Shown: positions 60,318 through 64,000 of the stretch, in pieces
How positions within the stretch are numbered: position 1 is the stretch's first letter
Layout of the letters: every line of letters begins with the position of its first letter
Assembly: GCA_022813965.1 (NCBI GenBank)
Contig: JALDZS010000132.1
Location: 1-64,000 of the forward strand
Source: Toensbergia leucococca
Taxonomy: Eukaryota
Direction: 5' to 3'
DNA: 64,000 nucleotides
Notes under the pieces: generated by a model
Seen by the model: the letters and a program-made list of their open reading frames with translations, nothing else
What the model was told of the DNA's origin: nothing
Databases searched by the model: none
Made by a program: the position numbers and the translations under genes

Positions 60318-60777
60318 TTAATGCGCTTGGCAGCTTCCCGAAATCTGTTCCTGCGGTGGCCCAACAGAGGCGCTTGCGTGACCGAAGAGGAAGACCTCGC
60401 TGCCATTCGCACCAGTGAAGAAGCAGGTTGCACCACCTGAAAGAGTGATGGAGCTGACGCTCAATGTGTTATCTGTAATCAAGGTCAGGATGACTCCCTT
60501 GGTCTTTGTCGGACGAGTGAGCTGGGGATTCGATAGGATGAAAGATGCATTGTGGCAGACGCTAGATTCCTGACGAGAACAGAAGAGACGTACTGATATG
60601 ATGCGGTACATTGTCAGCCGGAAAGTTGATTTCGTAGTAGGCACCAGCAGCCCCATAGAAGTAAACTCCAGGTGCGAAGCCGGTGTTTTGGCGGATTTCA
60701 TTTCTGGCAGGCATGGGATTGGCGTGCACGAGAGAGACGAGGGGGAGCAGAATAGTAGAGAGGATAGCGAGCTTCAT
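60318..60777 (-). CDS. Small secreted protein (~110 aa); intron ~60593-60473
   Basis: Signal peptide MKLAILSTILLPLVSLVHA, FYGAAGAYY..FPAD, exon 2 NTLSVSSI..GGATCFFTGANGS..VGPPQEQISGSC; one Cys pair. Confidence 0.82.
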
Positions 60778-61516
60778 TGTGAAAAAGTTTTGTCGGTAGA
60801 AGAAGAAGAGTATAATTGAGAGCTCCAGTGGTGTTCCACAGCGAAGAGACTGAAAAGGGCTAGAGGTGAATTCGTATTATCTTGAGGATCGATTCAAGGT
60901 TCATAGAAATAGCCTTGAGATAAATGGGGAAAGCAGCTCACTATAGGGCTGTCAGATTATGAGGAATCTCATCAACAACTGACCAGCAAGTCACATGGCT
61001 GCATCTGGAATCCCGATACAATTCTTCCATGGGACGGGATGCAGCAATAATCCGGATTGGCAAACAACGGGTAGCATGAACTTGGCCAAGAAGAAGCTGG
61101 ATGCGAAATTTGTCCAGATTCTTCTGTGTAGAGCTCAGTATGACACCTTCAAGGTGCAAATGCCTCGTAACAAGTGCCCACTTTGCATCTTTGCACCTGC
61201 TAGCTTGCTTCGGCTTAATGGTGAATACGGCATTTTACTCAGCCTTGCCTGTGAGAAGCCTTTCTGTCAGCCATTGGGATGAGCTAGGCTCGGCTAAAAC
61301 TCGTGTTGTGTCGTAAACGGTGTCTAAGAAAAGACGTGGACGCTGCGACGCTGCGACGCTGCATCCATTGGAGAAGCGGGGAAATGCAGAGGTAGGGGTG
61401 GTGTGTCATGCAGCTATCATATCGCGGCGAACGCCCGTCAGACCTGAATGCTGCACCTTTGCCTCTGGGTTCAATACGAATGATCCTTCATGTCATTAAG
61501 ATGACCTTGCCAACAA

Positions 61517-64000
61517 TTAGAAAACAACGGCACCTAAACCTCGGCCCTTCACAGCCATCTGAACACCCGCCTCAACCCTACCCAAAGCCGCCTTCCAGGA
61601 CTCTGCAGCATTTCTTGTCTCGCTTTTATGCTCCATAACCCAACTTAGCCAATGCACTACCCTCACAGCTTTTGCCATATCTCTTTCCTCACCTACAACC
61701 TTCTGCAGATATACTACCAGCGCCTCTATGTCTTCTTCATACGGCCCCTCCTCTTGGAACTCTTCGAACCACGCACTTACCGCCTCCCTTAGGTCTGATA
61801 TAGCTGTCAGTTTCTTCGCCGTGAATGTTGGCTTTGGTGGCTTAGGAGGCAAGTGAAGATATCGTTGGCCGGGTGGTGGATGAACAGGCGTAGGACGTGC
61901 CAGTTTTTTCTTGGCCGTCAGATCAATGCCACCGAGTTTCTTGAGTCGGTCCCGCCGTTGCTGAGCAAGGATCTCGCGTCGAATGTCATCTGGGAGAGCA
62001 GACAGAAAATCGTCGGAGACTTCTTCCGTGTCTGGTGGAAGGCTCACACTGCCAAGAGTCTCGGATCTCGAAGGAGCTCGATTAGCGACGAAGTTCGACT
62101 GGGTGAGTGTGGAATTAACGTTGGATCTGATATTCTTCTTGCCGCGGGAGAGAAGGCCTGTGCATCTCTTTGTTGGAGTAACAATTTTCTTGCTTGAATC
62201 GTTGACAGCGCGCACTTTCCGAGGGGACTGTGGGAGCAGCCTTTGGCCACTAGGTTTTTGAGGAGATTTGTCGTAAAATGCGAGAACTTCGGCGCGAACA
62301 TCGCTAGGAAGAGCATCTAAGGTTTCTTGATCCAGCTGAGAATGGGACGGTAGACTGGTTGAGGTCAAAGCTGGTGAAGAAGACCGAGCTTTGACGCTTG
62401 GTATCTCTTCCCGGAATCTGGGGCTGGTAGACTGATTTGGTAATAACTTCGATCTGATGTCAGCAGGAAGCTCTGCAAGCACAGCTGGATCCACCTGAGT
62501 GGGCATGACAAATTGTGTACCCATCGTGTTGAGAGGTTTGTGACGCTCATCATCTGGCATTTGAAAGACAGCTCCTTGCTCCGTTGATGTGAGGCGTGGT
62601 TTGTGCGGACTTGGTAAATCGTCAATGATCGGGTCGTCTTGATGAATTGGTGTGTTGTTCGCAGAAGAGGGCTTGAATTTAAGATGACGAGTTGGTGTGT
62701 TATTTGGATTAGAGGTTGTAAACTGAAGGAGTTTCTGACTGCTCTCCATCGGGCTTTCTGCCACGGCTTTGAGCGGTTCTAATCGAGTCATTTGCACTCC
62801 AATGCCTCTCAACTCACCCGGAGAGAAGGCCCAGCCCCGCATAATAGAGATTGCTTCACGACCAAGGATTTCTTTTTCATTCGTTGCTACCCCTAACACT
62901 ATACTCTTGTTGAACGTGTCACATTTACCGTGGCCCAGATGCTTAGGTGGGTCCAACGGGGCATCTGCAGCACGTCTCATGATCTTCATCGTGAGCTGCC
63001 GTCCCTTGGCTTTCTCGTTATCGAGACGCCGATGGAGTTCATCGCACAAGCATTGAACAAATTCATCGGCCTGATCCTGATTCACGAAACGTATGCCCCA
63101 GTTGACTTCTGCTGAAACAGATTTGCGTGTGACATGCTCTCCAACCTCCATCCGGTCAATGCCACGCGAATAATCCCAGATTTTCTCCCCAGTCTTCGGC
63201 CCGAGAGTTGACATCAGCTTCTCTTTCGAGAGTTCTCGTACATCTTTCACGTATTTGACGCCAATTTCTTCCAATTTGCCTCCTATGCTGTAAGCAACTC
63301 CAGGTAGATCTTGTACCGTCAAATCACCAACAAAATCGAGCACTTCATCGGGTTTGATGTGGTATTGTCCAGCAGGTTTCGCCTTTCTTAACGCGACTTT
63401 TGCCAAGAGAATGTTTCCTCCTATGCCGACTGAAACGGCACAGCCAGTTTTATGCTTTATCTGGTCGCGGAGCCCTTGCGCAATCTCGTCTGCCTTGGCT
63501 TCTGCCCGCCAAATACTCCCTTCGTGAACACCTTTTCCGTCGTGGCCGCTAGCTGCAACACATATGGAACTAATGTCAATCAGCGCTTCATCCACGCTGA
63601 CGCTTTGCACAAGCCCGTCGGTGCTCATGATGACGTCGTAGAAGCTTCTACTAGCCTCTTCATATGCTTTGAAATCATATGGAAGTACCTTCAAATTTGC
63701 ACACAGTTGCTGCGCTGTTTTCATCCACATGCCGTTCTTGACACCGAATTGACGGGCTGGGTAATTACAACTTGCTATTTCAGACCCAGAACCGCCACCA
63801 TGTGCCACCACAGCCGGTTTGTCAACATATTGAGGATATTTTCTTAAAGAAACAGCGGCGAAAAAGCTATCGAAATCAACATGAAGAATATATCTCCTCG
63901 ATCCAGGAGCTCGTTTCTGACGAGATTTCTGTGACGACGACTTTTTCGAGGCCAAAGCCTGGAGCTGGGACTTTAGGTCTGCCTTCCAGGTTGACAAGTG
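61517..64000 (-). CDS. REV1: Rev1 translesion (Y-family) polymerase; 5' part lies outside the window
   Basis: ILHVDFDSFF, EIASCNYPAR.FGVKNGMW, SVDEA, RKSVSAEVNWGIRF, KHLGHGKCD, three UBM-like LAELPADIR / LDALPSDVR / LSALPDDIR motifs, C-terminal Rev1 domain. Confidence 0.96.
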   Translation of the reverse strand, partial: HLSTWKADLKSQLQALASKKSSSQKSRQKRAPGSRRYILHVDFDSFFAAVSLRKYPQYVDKPAVVAHGGGSGSEIASCNYPARQFGVKNGMWMKTAQQLCANLKVLPYDFKAYEEASRSFYDVIMSTDGLVQSVSVDEALIDISSICVAASGHDGKGVHEGSIWRAEAKADEIAQGLRDQIKHKTGCAVSVGIGGNILLAKVALRKAKPAGQYHIKPDEVLDFVGDLTVQDLPGVAYSIGGKLEEIGVKYVKDVRELSKEKLMSTLGPKTGEKIWDYSRGIDRMEVGEHVTRKSVSAEVNWGIRFVNQDQADEFVQCLCDELHRRLDNEKAKGRQLTMKIMRRAADAPLDPPKHLGHGKCDTFNKSIVLGVATNEKEILGREAISIMRGWAFSPGELRGIGVQMTRLEPLKAVAESPMESSQKLLQFTTSNPNNTPTRHLKFKPSSANNTPIHQDDPIIDDLPSPHKPRLTSTEQGAVFQMPDDERHKPLNTMGTQFVMPTQVDPAVLAELPADIRSKLLPNQSTSPRFREEIPSVKARSSSPALTSTSLPSHSQLDQETLDALPSDVRAEVLAFYDKSPQKPSGQRLLPQSPRKVRAVNDSSKKIVTPTKRCTGLLSRGKKNIRSNVNSTLTQSNFVANRAPSRSETLGSVSLPPDTEEVSDDFLSALPDDIRREILAQQRRDRLKKLGGIDLTAKKKLARPTPVHPPPGQRYLHLPPKPPKPTFTAKKLTAISDLREAVSAWFEEFQEEGPYEEDIEALVVYLQKVVGEERDMAKAVRVVHWLSWVMEHKSETRNAAESWKAALGRVEAGVQMAVKGRGLGAVVF

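Noticed and set aside
1..64000. tRNA, rRNA, CRISPR arrays, secondary-metabolite core genes, NLR or gasdermin genes
   Set aside because: No such signatures were seen on reading; a covariance-model search would be needed to exclude small RNAs.

Overview
Gene-dense eukaryotic DNA from a filamentous ascomycete (Pezizomycotina), inferred from short GT-AG introns with CTRAC/CTAAT branch sites and fungal gene families. The species cannot be fixed from sequence alone. About 27 apparently intact genes can be reconstructed, mostly housekeeping: hybrid histidine kinase, ataxin-10/Ctr86, Kar9, Mtm1, Hrt3 F-box, WLM protease, Vps71, alternative oxidase, Tls1/C9orf78, MFS transporter, UNG1, Mic26, dihydropyrimidinase and a 5'-truncated Rev1. 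A five-exon acylphosphatase is absent from the ORF track. Accessory or decayed DNA lies at 1-3.3 kb (mutated retroelement-like relic), 42-45 kb (a captured fragment of a neighbouring gene beside an arrestin pseudogene) and 57-61 kb. The most interesting signals are: (i) repeated sharp C/A-rich to G/T-rich strand-skew switches inside genes; (ii) a candidate CUG-initiated mitochondrial presequence on UNG1; (iii) a local gene-fragment duplication recording CpG-biased C-to-T mutagenesis; (iv) a loose group of cell-death-type genes (HET domain, prodomain-less metacaspase, tiny divergent MG-start ORF); (v) a canonical AIM element upstream of AOX. All family calls come from motif recognition, not database searches, and exon boundaries were read by eye.
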